IMG/VR virus record: IMGVR_UViG_646564563_000001
Direction: 5' to 3' (one strand)
Length of the DNA stretch: 64,000 bases
From: an uncultured virus (IMG/VR IMGVR_UViG_646564563_000001)
Taxonomy: Duplodnaviria > Heunggongvirae > Uroviricota > Caudoviricetes
The notes beneath the pieces are model-generated. The model was not told the DNA's origin and made no database searches. It was given only the letters and a program-made list of their open reading frames with translations. How positions within the stretch are numbered: position 1 is the first letter of the stretch; every line of letters begins with the position of its first letter. Shown piece by piece: positions 56,629-64,000 of this stretch. The translations under genes were made by a program, and so were the position numbers.

Positions 56629-57555
56629 TCAGCGCACGATGATCTTGATTTCGTCACGGCCCGAGACCGGGCAGAACCGCAGCGGCAGGCTGTAGTTCGC
56701 GACGTTGTCGGTCTGGCCCTGCGCGGGCTTGCCGATCTCGACGGCCGGGGCGGTGATCTCGACGATGTTGCCCGCCGTGGTGCCGTGCACGATCGACAGC
56801 GCGCCCCGGGTCGAGGCCTTGGCCAAGGTGAACCAGTCTTTGGTGGCGATTGTGTCGGCGACCACGACGGCCGTGCCGCTGGCTTTCCGATCGGTGATCT
56901 TCATCTCCTCGGAGCCGATCAGGAACCGCGGCGTCACCGTATTGCCCAGATCGAGCGACAGGCTTTCGGCCCCGCCGGTGTAGCCATGCAGCGAGAAGAC
57001 ATCGTTCGCTTTCGAAACCGGCACCGGCGTCGTCCAGCCGGTCATGGTCACCGCAGGAAGGGCGACATCGGTCACGGTCCCGAGCATGCCCATGAAGCTG
57101 AACTTGAACTTCGGGATCTGCTTCGGAACGAAGTTCATCGAGACGTTGGCACGGCCGCCCAGGAAGATGTGCTGGACGCCGTCCGAGTTGAAATAGAGCG
57201 TCCCGCTCTCCTGGGCCGCTTCGACGATCGCATATTCGACCTTGGTCGCGGCCGTGACGGTCTCGCTCAGCCCGCAGACCCGCAGGATCGAGCCGTATTT
57301 CGGGGCGGTGCCAGCGGCGCCGCCGCCTGCGATCTCGATCTCGAATTCGAGCTTGCCATACATCGCCGTCAGGATCGCGCCCTGGTTGCCCATGTAGGGC
57401 AGCATCAGATCGCGCGAGACCTCGGTCGCCTCGATGGGCGTGAAGGTGATGTTGGTGGCGATGAGCGCGTTCGCGGCCGCGGGGGTCGCATCCACGCCCT
57501 GGGTCGTTTCGATCTTGTGGAGCATGGCCAGCGTCGGCCAGCGGCGGGATGCCAT
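56629..57555 (-). CDS. Tail tube protein
   Basis: KIET..G.D..P, AGTAP.YG..LR.CG, LDLGN, HGTTAGNIV. Confidence 0.88.
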   Translation of the reverse strand: MASRRWPTLAMLHKIETTQGVDATPAAANALIATNITFTPIEATEVSRDLMLPYMGNQGAILTAMYGKLEFEIEIAGGGAAGTAPKYGSILRVCGLSETVTAATKVEYAIVEAAQESGTLYFNSDGVQHIFLGGRANVSMNFVPKQIPKFKFSFMGMLGTVTDVALPAVTMTGWTTPVPVSKANDVFSLHGYTGGAESLSLDLGNTVTPRFLIGSEEMKITDRKASGTAVVVADTIATKDWFTLAKASTRGALSIVHGTTAGNIVEITAPAVEIGKPAQGQTDNVANYSLPLRFCPVSGRDEIKIIVR

Positions 57556-57557
57556 GG

Positions 57558-57755
57558 TCAGCGTCCTTTCCGGGTCTGGGCCGCGGGGGCGGCGGGGATC
57601 GTGTCGGCGGCGGCATCAGTCGAGAGGTCGCCCTGATCCTCTCCCGCCGCCGACGGGGGCGTCTCGGATGCCGGGGCGTCATCTTCCTCGACGCGGGTCA
57701 GCGCACCCGTTTCGGGATCGCGCAGGTAACGGCCGCCTTCGGTGGGCTGGTCCAT
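57558..57755 (-). CDS. Small hypothetical virion-cluster protein
   Basis: GGRYLRDPETGALTRV motif; GGAG RBS. Confidence 0.7.
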   Translation of the reverse strand: MDQPTEGGRYLRDPETGALTRVEEDDAPASETPPSAAGEDQGDLSTDAAADTIPAAPAAQTRKGR

Positions 57756-57757
57756 GG

Positions 57758-58189
57758 TCAGGCTCCTGTCAGGAAACGGGCGGTCGCCCAGGTTTGTGCG
57801 TAAATGCTGACGCCCGTGCTGATCGGGCTCGTTTCGCCGCCGACCAGCTCGCAGGGCTCAACGAAGCCGGGGATCACGACGCCCGCCAAAGCGGCCTCGA
57901 TGTCGGAGCGATAGGCGTCGAAGGCCATCGCGCGCTCGCCCCCCATCACCCCGTCGTAAAGGCGCACAACGATGCCGACGACGAACTGCACCTCGACCCA
58001 TTGCCGGAAGCCGCCCCCCATCAGGGTCTGCGGACGCCCGGTCTCGGTCCAGGGCATGATGATCGCGGTGCCGCTCTTGACCTGACCGGCGCGGTCGGCG
58101 AGCGCATCGATATTCTCGGCGACATCGACACCGGCCCAGCGGGGATCGCTGAGATGAGAAGTCAGATGGCTCAAGAGGTCCGCGAGCAT
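57758..58189 (-). CDS. Tail terminator (Mu gp37-like)
   Basis: Position after gp36; size and beta-rich pattern. Confidence 0.7.
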   Translation of the reverse strand: MLADLLSHLTSHLSDPRWAGVDVAENIDALADRAGQVKSGTAIIMPWTETGRPQTLMGGGFRQWVEVQFVVGIVVRLYDGVMGGERAMAFDAYRSDIEAALAGVVIPGFVEPCELVGGETSPISTGVSIYAQTWATARFLTGA

Positions 58190-58614
58190 CAGCGCCACCC
58201 TGCCAGCCGGGCGGGCGTGAAGACCGGCTCGGGATGGGCCGCCATGACAGTGCCGCCCGAGACCGCCGCCGCCGTCTCTCCCGCCGCGACCGGCAGGGTG
58301 ATCAGCCCGCGCGAGACATCCTTCAGGGCGAGGATCGCATCCTTGTAGTCTTGGCCAACATGATCGGGGGCACCATTGCGATGCAGCGTGTAGCGGGCGA
58401 TGCTGACGGCCCAGCCGCGCACGATCGACGGCACCGAGGGCAGCGGCAGGGCGTATTTCGCGCCGACATAGCCGTCGATCGCGGCATCGGCCGTGGCCAG
58501 CGCGGACGCGACGACATCGGCGTCGATCACGCCGTCGCGGTCGCGGTCGGCGATCTGGCGCAGCTCGGCCTCGCCCGCGCGGTCGATCAGGTCATCGAGC
58601 GTCGCGTAGGACAT
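58189..58614 (-). CDS. Mu gp36-like (DUF1320) head-tail adaptor
   Basis: MSYAT.DDL, IDGYV..KY.LPL, IARY.L, Y.DAI..L. Confidence 0.9.
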   Translation of the reverse strand: MSYATLDDLIDRAGEAELRQIADRDRDGVIDADVVASALATADAAIDGYVGAKYALPLPSVPSIVRGWAVSIARYTLHRNGAPDHVGQDYKDAILALKDVSRGLITLPVAAGETAAAVSGGTVMAAHPEPVFTPARLAGWR

Positions 58615-58904
58615 CAGGCGACCTCACCGAAGAGCTTGCCGAGTTCCGTAAATACCGCGGCGGGATCCACCTCGATCTCGGCGCGGCCGGGCTGGAACAC
58701 GGCCCGGTTCACGGCCATGAAGCCCTGTTCGATCGCGGTGCGGCCGATCTGGAGCCATATCTTGTCGATCGCCGGATCAGCGGCCAGCACATCGAGACGG
58801 CGCAGCAGCAGCTCTTCCAGCCACTTGTTGCCGTTCACCACTGCCAAAGCTTCGCCGCTTTGCGGCTTGTAACCGGCGACCGGCAGACCTTCATGCGTGC
58901 TCAT
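58614..58904 (-). CDS. Acb2-like anti-CBASS nucleotide-sponge protein
   Basis: VAGYK..S......N..K and WL.IGRT.IEQGFMA..RAVFQP match Acb2 motifs as recalled. Confidence 0.75.
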   Translation of the reverse strand: MSTHEGLPVAGYKPQSGEALAVVNGNKWLEELLLRRLDVLAADPAIDKIWLQIGRTAIEQGFMAVNRAVFQPGRAEIEVDPAAVFTELGKLFGEVA

Positions 58905-58974
58905 CTTCGACCTCGTCGCGTTCGAAATGCCGGGGGCGATCTGATCGCCGCCCCCGGCGCGGGCGATGGGCCCC

Positions 58975-59463
58975 TCAGCCCTTCGCCTTGCCGCGTCCCG
59001 CTTTCGGCGTGGTCTTGGCGGCTTCGGGATCTTCTTCGACCGGTTGCACCTCGGCCTGTTCTTCCGCCTGGACGGGTTCGAGGCTGTCTTCGGTGCCGCT
59101 CACCGGGCGGGTATTCGGATCGACGGGCGCGACCGGGGCGCTTTCGTTTTCGATGGGCCAAGTGCCGTCAGCATCTTCGGCGACCGGAAGCGGCCCGCCC
59201 TGGAGCTCGATCACGCGGGCCTCAAGCAGCTTGAGCTGCGCCTCGGCCGAGAGCGCGCGGGCCTGCCAATCGACGATCACGGCATTCAGATCCGCCGCGA
59301 CGTCAGCATTCTCGATCAGCCCCGCCGCATCCTCGGCCAGCACACCCGCGGCGCGCAGCTGCTCGCGCTCGGCATCGGTCACGCGGACCTTGTCACCGGG
59401 ACGCTTCACCGCATCGCGGATCTTCGCGGGGCCGATCAGTACCACTTCGATTTTGTCTTCCAT
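58975..59463 (-). CDS. Mu gp35-like protein
   Basis: PGDKVRVTDAE.EQL..AGVL plus acidic tail; start at MEDK. Confidence 0.7.
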   Translation of the reverse strand: MEDKIEVVLIGPAKIRDAVKRPGDKVRVTDAEREQLRAAGVLAEDAAGLIENADVAADLNAVIVDWQARALSAEAQLKLLEARVIELQGGPLPVAEDADGTWPIENESAPVAPVDPNTRPVSGTEDSLEPVQAEEQAEVQPVEEDPEAAKTTPKAGRGKAKG

Positions 59464-59527
59464 CAACGGCTCCTGTCGGTTTGAGCAAGCGGGCGGCGAA
59501 CCGCCCGCTCCTGAAACCGACCGCCGA

Positions 59528-60481
59528 TCAGGCCGCGGCCCCGGCGTTCTGCAGCAGGAACCCCCCTTCGGCGCCCACCAGATAGGGCCGACGCTCGACC
59601 GTGGTCGGGTAGATCCAGCTGTCGCAGCTGCGCTCGAAGTAGGGCTGCTGAACCTGCGGATAGCCCGCCAGTTCGTAGGTGTAGCCGTAGGCGGGCACCT
59701 GGAAGTTGTCGCCGGTATCGGGGACATAGGAGAGGATCACGTCATCGCCCCAGACATCGCTGGCCATCGTGTCGTCGGTCGCGTTTTCGGGCAGCCAGAC
59801 CGCGGCGCCAAGCAGCACGCGCTTCACCTCGAAATAGGCCGCCAGCATGTCAAGCGTGATGCTGTCCTTCGAGGTGTACTTGAACTGCTCCTTGATCTTG
59901 GGGTGGTTCTTCGCCGCGTTCGCAGCCGTCGGCCCCAGCGTGATCGTGTTCGGATAGCGCCCGATCGAGCGCCGGATCGCTTCCTTCCCAGCATCGACAT
60001 CCGCTTTCGGGTTCGACAGGTCCGACGTCCAGCGCGCGGTACCGGTGAGCGCGAGTTTGTGGTTCGCGTCATAATTGGCCGCCGTGCGCGCCAGCTGCGC
60101 CGCCGCATATTCATGGCCCAGATCGATGACGTTCAGCACCATGTTGACGGCGCCCGCGCCCAGATCGACGCCCGGGATGGATTCCGCCTCTTGCTGGTGT
60201 TCGATCGGCACCACGCCTTCGAGCGCGTCCTGAACGAGCGCCACCGGGTCCGAGGCGTAGCCATACTGCACGCGCTTCTTGTCCGCGCCGGGCGCCCGGC
60301 GGGTGTTCAGCATCCGGAAAGCTTCCTTGCCGAACTTCAGGACGCGCATCGAGCGGTTGGGGATCGTCACCCGCGGAAAGAGCAGGTGCGAGATGAATTC
60401 CGAATTGCGATAGCCGCGCGCATGGGTCGAAAGGATCGGATCGACGACGGCGGCGGTACGGACGTTGACGGGCGGGGCCAT
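59528..60481 (-). CDS. Major capsid protein
   Basis: VDPILSTHARGY.N, FGKEAF, P.YGYTY. Confidence 0.9.
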   Translation of the reverse strand: MAPPVNVRTAAVVDPILSTHARGYRNSEFISHLLFPRVTIPNRSMRVLKFGKEAFRMLNTRRAPGADKKRVQYGYASDPVALVQDALEGVVPIEHQQEAESIPGVDLGAGAVNMVLNVIDLGHEYAAAQLARTAANYDANHKLALTGTARWTSDLSNPKADVDAGKEAIRRSIGRYPNTITLGPTAANAAKNHPKIKEQFKYTSKDSITLDMLAAYFEVKRVLLGAAVWLPENATDDTMASDVWGDDVILSYVPDTGDNFQVPAYGYTYELAGYPQVQQPYFERSCDSWIYPTTVERRPYLVGAEGGFLLQNAGAAA

Positions 60482-60491
60482 GGGGGTCTCC

Positions 60492-60836
60492 TCAGCGGAT
60501 CAGGATTTGGACGAGCTCGCCCGCGGCCGCGGCCGTCAGAGCGGTGGCGAAGATGTTCGCGTCGGTGCCGACAACCGCCTTGCGCACGCCACCGCCAGCA
60601 GCGGAACACAGCGGATCGCCTTTCGCGATGGTCGCTTTCGCGGTGACGGTTTCGGTCCCGGCCGCGGTGATGGCGATCGGCATGCCGACCTCGGTGGCGG
60701 GGTACTGCGCGACACCCTTGACGGCTGCGTTGGCGGCGGTGATCGGCGCGTCGTCAAAGCCGATCAGGTCACCGGCGGAGCAGATCGCGGTCACCGAGGC
60801 GGTGAGGGTCAGGATGGCGTGGTAGGAACGGATCAT
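60492..60836 (-). CDS. Capsid cement/decoration protein (DUF2190-like)
   Basis: GVA, I.KGD.L, ALTAAAAGELVQIL. Confidence 0.8.
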   Translation of the reverse strand: MIRSYHAILTLTASVTAICSAGDLIGFDDAPITAANAAVKGVAQYPATEVGMPIAITAAGTETVTAKATIAKGDPLCSAAGGGVRKAVVGTDANIFATALTAAAAGELVQILIR

Positions 60837-60848
60837 GTTGACCTCTGA

Positions 60849-61961
60849 TCAGGAAACGGCGCGCACGGCGTCGAGATAGTCCGTGCCGGGGTGGGCGCGC
60901 TGATGGGCCAGCGCCTTTTCGTGGCGGGAGAGCGCCTCGGCATCGACGGCCTTGCCGTCGGCCGCGAACTGAACGGGCGTCGCGGTGCCGGGATCTTTGC
61001 CCAGATCGGTTTCGCCGAAGGTCACCACCTTCGGCTGGGCCGACAGGATGTCGCGCAGCGCCTTGGCCAGATCGACCTGCGCGCCGCCCTCGGCAAAAGC
61101 GACGGTCGCGCCCAGGGGCAGCGCATCGAGGACGGCGACGGTCTGATCCTTGACCGCGGGCAAGAGCTTGCCATCGGCGATCAGCCCCTCGGCAAAGGCG
61201 ACGTTTTCATCGTGACGGGCGGCGGCTTCGCGGGCGGCAACCGCCGCCTCGCGCGCGGCGATTTCGGCTTCGCGCGCGGCGAAGGCCGGGTCGGGCTGGG
61301 TCACAGCGGGCTCCTTCTTGGGGTGTTGCTCGCCCGAGAACATCGGCTCGGGCTTGGGGTGGATTTCGATCTCGCTCAGCCATTCGAGCCGGTAGGACGG
61401 CAGAACCTTGTCCGCCTCTTCCAGGCCGAATTTCTCGATGAAGAAGTCGCGCAGGCCGCGCAGGATCGAGGCGGTCTCCTCGAAGCCGCGCTCGCCGAAG
61501 GCCGAGGTGAAGACGGTATCGGCACGGCCGGAAAACTTGACGTTGCGCAGCCCGGAGACCGCCGGAGCAGCCGCGCCCAGAAACCCGACATGCTTCGGAT
61601 ACCAGGTGCCCGGCACAGGATTGTGCGGCTGGCCCGGGCTGAAGAACGCCATCGAGACCTTCTTGAACCGCCCACCCTTCACCAGATCCGCGAACTGCGG
61701 CTCGATCTCGTGCAGATCCGCAAAGAGGCGCTCGGTTTTGGCGTCGTAATGGAACGATTTGATCCAGCCATAGGCCGGGGCGTCAGTATCCGGATGCCCG
61801 ACGACGATCGGCGCGGGGGCGGTCTCGGGGTCATAGGCGTCGGCAATCGCCCGCAGATCGCCCGCGGAATAGGTGATGGCCGCGCCTTCCATCGGCGTGA
61901 AAGTGCCGGGGCGAAAAACCTCGATGCGCGCGGTGAGGGGGGCGGGGCTGGTCTCGGTCAT
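60849..61961 (-). CDS. Mu-like prohead protease I / scaffold
   Basis: IEVFRPG, APIVVGHP, PAYGW, KKVS, HVGFLGA..PAV.GL; start at MTET. Confidence 0.9.
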   Translation of the reverse strand: MTETSPAPLTARIEVFRPGTFTPMEGAAITYSAGDLRAIADAYDPETAPAPIVVGHPDTDAPAYGWIKSFHYDAKTERLFADLHEIEPQFADLVKGGRFKKVSMAFFSPGQPHNPVPGTWYPKHVGFLGAAAPAVSGLRNVKFSGRADTVFTSAFGERGFEETASILRGLRDFFIEKFGLEEADKVLPSYRLEWLSEIEIHPKPEPMFSGEQHPKKEPAVTQPDPAFAAREAEIAAREAAVAAREAAARHDENVAFAEGLIADGKLLPAVKDQTVAVLDALPLGATVAFAEGGAQVDLAKALRDILSAQPKVVTFGETDLGKDPGTATPVQFAADGKAVDAEALSRHEKALAHQRAHPGTDYLDAVRAVS

Positions 61962-62011
61962 GGGTCCGTCCTTGGTGACGGACAACCCTTCGCACAGGCC
62001 CGAATGCAAAA

Positions 62012-62033
62012 CCCCCGGACACAGGTCCGGGGG
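62012..62033. promoter_or_regulatory. Perfect 9-bp palindrome upstream of the head operon (candidate late-activator site)
   Basis: CCCCCGGAC-ACAG-GTCCGGGGG, about 50 bp before the protease start. Confidence 0.5.
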
Positions 62034-62228
62034 CATCGCGTGGTGGCCTCTTGGTCAGATCATAGGCGCGGCGACGCCGCTCACGCAATGGTCTTCGCCC
62101 GGGTCGCTTCGGATTGGCGCGCAGAGCAATCCTAACGGGGGGCTAACGGGGCGGGATGGCTTCTGACGTGCATCCGGGGCCGCACAATGACTGGACCCAT
62201 CAGCGGCGCAATCAGCGACGCGGCCACC

Positions 62229-62783
62229 TCAGCCCTCCAGCCAGTCCTGCGCCTGTTCCAGGATCCCCTCCTGATCCGCCGCCGAGATCCCGATATAGGG
62301 CCGGGCCGGAATGGTGATCGTGTGCGCCTTGATCGCCACGTCCTTGCCACCCTCCTTGTCGCGTTTGGCAAAGCGCCGCCCGACCATGTAACGGCTGCCC
62401 GCTTGCTTCTCGATCGTGCCGCCCAGCTGGTGGATTGCGGCGTATGCCACCGGCGATCCGATGCGCAGTTCGTCATCGGAGGCGATGTAGTTGATCGACC
62501 CGGCCAGAGACGAGCCGGACTTGCCTTTCGTATTCGATCGCAGAATTGTCAGCGGCAGCTGTCCGGCCTTCGTTCGCGCCCGGATTGTCGCCGGTTTCAA
62601 GGGCGTCCACGGTTTTCCGTCTGGACCGGTTTCGGTTTTGAACCGCGTGCTGGTCGAAGCCAGCAGCAGCTCGCCGACCCCCTTGTAGAACCCGCGGGGA
62701 TTTTCCATCCGTGCCAGCAGATCCCGCAGCGCCTGGCGCGCGGTGGCCTCCTGCAGCTCAACCGAGATGCTTATGCCCGTCAT
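62229..62783 (-). CDS. Virion morphogenesis protein (Mu gpG)
   Basis: RF.TE.GPDG.PW.PL, YAAIHQLGG, IPARPYIG. Confidence 0.92.
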   Translation of the reverse strand: MTGISISVELQEATARQALRDLLARMENPRGFYKGVGELLLASTSTRFKTETGPDGKPWTPLKPATIRARTKAGQLPLTILRSNTKGKSGSSLAGSINYIASDDELRIGSPVAYAAIHQLGGTIEKQAGSRYMVGRRFAKRDKEGGKDVAIKAHTITIPARPYIGISAADQEGILEQAQDWLEG

Positions 62784-62875
62784 CGTTGAAATCTCCCTTG
62801 GTTTCGGCTATATTTCTGGTGTCGAAGCGGTGCGGCGGTGACTGCCCTTCTAGCCGCTTCGGTGCTGCGACCCGA

Positions 62876-64000
62876 TCACCCGGGCCGCTTTCGTTTCCAG
62901 AGCAGCTTTCCGACCCTTTGCTTGTCGATGTGGCTGTAGTCCGGCTTGGCACGGTTGAAGGATGCGTAACCGGTGACTGCTCCCCACGCCTTGCGCCCGA
63001 CCTCAAACAGCACTTGCAGCGAAGTCGTCTGATCGACTTTGATGTAGCGCCGCGTCACCATGAGCTCTTCATAAGCCGGGAAGTATCCGGAGACTGCGTC
63101 AACTGGTACCGCGCGCACGCCCATCCAGATTTCATCCGGGTTCATGATCGCTTCAGCCAAGAGCGCCGCATATTCACCGCGGCCGCGTTTCATGAGCTTC
63201 GACGCTCCAGAGTGTTCAAGGAAAAGCTGCTCGGAAATGACGATCGTCGCTCCGGATTTGTCCTCCCAAAGCGCAGCTTTCCCGACGTCGGCGCCAAATG
63301 GCTCAAGGAATGCCCTCAGATAATCAGGCTCAGGGAGACCTTCAGGCATGCGCTCTGCCGTGAACGGCACCGATGCCGCAAGCAGATCCGCCATCGGCTC
63401 CGCTTTGTCGATCGACACGACATGATGCCCTTTCAGATCTCCGGTCAAGATCGCACCCCCGTCATTGAGGAGCGCCGACGGCACAAGGCCGCGCTCCCAC
63501 AGATCGCCCGGCATGTAATCCCAGCCGTAGCCGATCCCCTCGGGAAGCTCGATCACCGCACCAGTGGCCCTGTCGATGTGCTTGACCATCGAAGTCTCAG
63601 GTGCCTTGTCCGGCCCGTCCTTGCCCATGCGCCGCAGATCACCGCGCGAGAGCGTCCGCACACCGCAGCTGCAGACCCAATCGTTCGGCGGGAAATGCGC
63701 ATCCCACCACGGATCGTTCCAGAACAGCACCAGGTTGTGCCAGGAGGTGTGCTCCGGCCGCGGGTTCAGCGGCACCCGGGTTTCTCCGTGGCGGTATTGC
63801 CAATAGGGCCGCACCTTGACCACATCCGGATCGCGCATCTGCCGCAACCTCCCGGCCATGTAGCTCGTGCGGATGTTCGTCTCGAAAATGGTGCGGATGC
63901 GCCATTCGCGCCCGCCGTTGTAGGACCAGCCGTATTTTTCGACGAGACGGTCGAACTCGTCCGCGAAGGCCTTGATGTCGTAAGTGCGCGCGCCCTCGAT
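62876..64000 (-). CDS. Mu gpF minor head protein fused to a PBECR-type nuclease-fold domain (5'-partial)
   Basis: TIFETNIRTSY, RP.H..W, PPNDW.CSC.V (MuF); PDEIW..RRYIK C-terminal domain; frame open to the window end. Confidence 0.85.
   Translation of the reverse strand: MEGARTYDIKAFADEFDRLVEKYGWSYNGGREWRIRTIFETNIRTSYMAGRLRQMRDPDVVKVRPYWQYRHGETRVPLNPRPEHTSWHNLVLFWNDPWWDAHFPPNDWVCSCGVRTLSRGDLRRMGKDGPDKAPETSMVKHIDRATGAVIELPEGIGYGWDYMPGDLWERGLVPSALLNDGGAILTGDLKGHHVVSIDKAEPMADLLAASVPFTAERMPEGLPEPDYLRAFLEPFGADVGKAALWEDKSGATIVISEQLFLEHSGASKLMKRGRGEYAALLAEAIMNPDEIWMGVRAVPVDAVSGYFPAYEELMVTRRYIKVDQTTSLQVLFEVGRKAWGAVTGYASFNRAKPDYSHIDKQRVGKLLWKRKRPG

Larger units (their letters stand above)
45118..64000 (-). 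mobile_element. Mu-like transposable prophage with siphovirus-type tail (RcapMu-like), late-gene half
   Basis: TG terminus, end repeats, gpF-gpG-protease I-capsid-gp36-gp37 gene order. Confidence 0.9.

Noticed and set aside
1635..62135. Many long antisense/alternate-frame ORFs (e.g. 9965-12247, 17535-19556, 46174-47952, 48141-51014, 52247-54856)
   Set aside because: Typical high-GC shadow ORFs opposite well-supported phage genes; no motifs
1..64000. CRISPR array or rRNA
   Set aside because: No regularly spaced repeat-spacer series or rRNA-like sequence noticed

Overview
GC-rich alphaproteobacterial DNA, most likely Rhodobacter capsulatus or a close relative (inferred from GTA-like genes). 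The window is almost entirely mobile DNA in four parts. (1) <1-43390: a lambda-like prophage integrated at a tRNA-fMet gene, with only the tRNA 3' att fragment (43346-43390) in view. It has a lambda-type head/packaging module, a GTA-like tail, a putative cos site, a ParB / SAM-dependent 'methylase' / PLP-enzyme cluster, a minimal int-regulator-alpA-rep early region with no CI, and several morons (Nal1-like protease plus small partner, PIN protein, SepA-like protein). (2) 33263-43160: a defence operon carried between int and att (type I RM hsdR-hsdM-GIY-YIG/DUF4357-hsdS followed by an ABC ATPase and an HNH nuclease). (3) 43479-45117: nested IS3 and IS110 remnants. (4) 45118->64000: the late-gene half of a Mu-like transposable prophage inserted into the IS110. 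It carries RcGTA-like head-spike genes, an SGNH esterase, an Acb2-like anti-defence protein and a MuF-nuclease fusion. Best candidates for undescribed biology: the SAM-enzyme + PLP-decarboxylase DNA-modification cassette next to cos, the HsdS-tethered ATPase/HNH module, the protease with a free-standing prodomain-like partner, and the CI-less switch built on 52-bp inverted operators. All homology calls come from motif recognition and memory, not from database searches.
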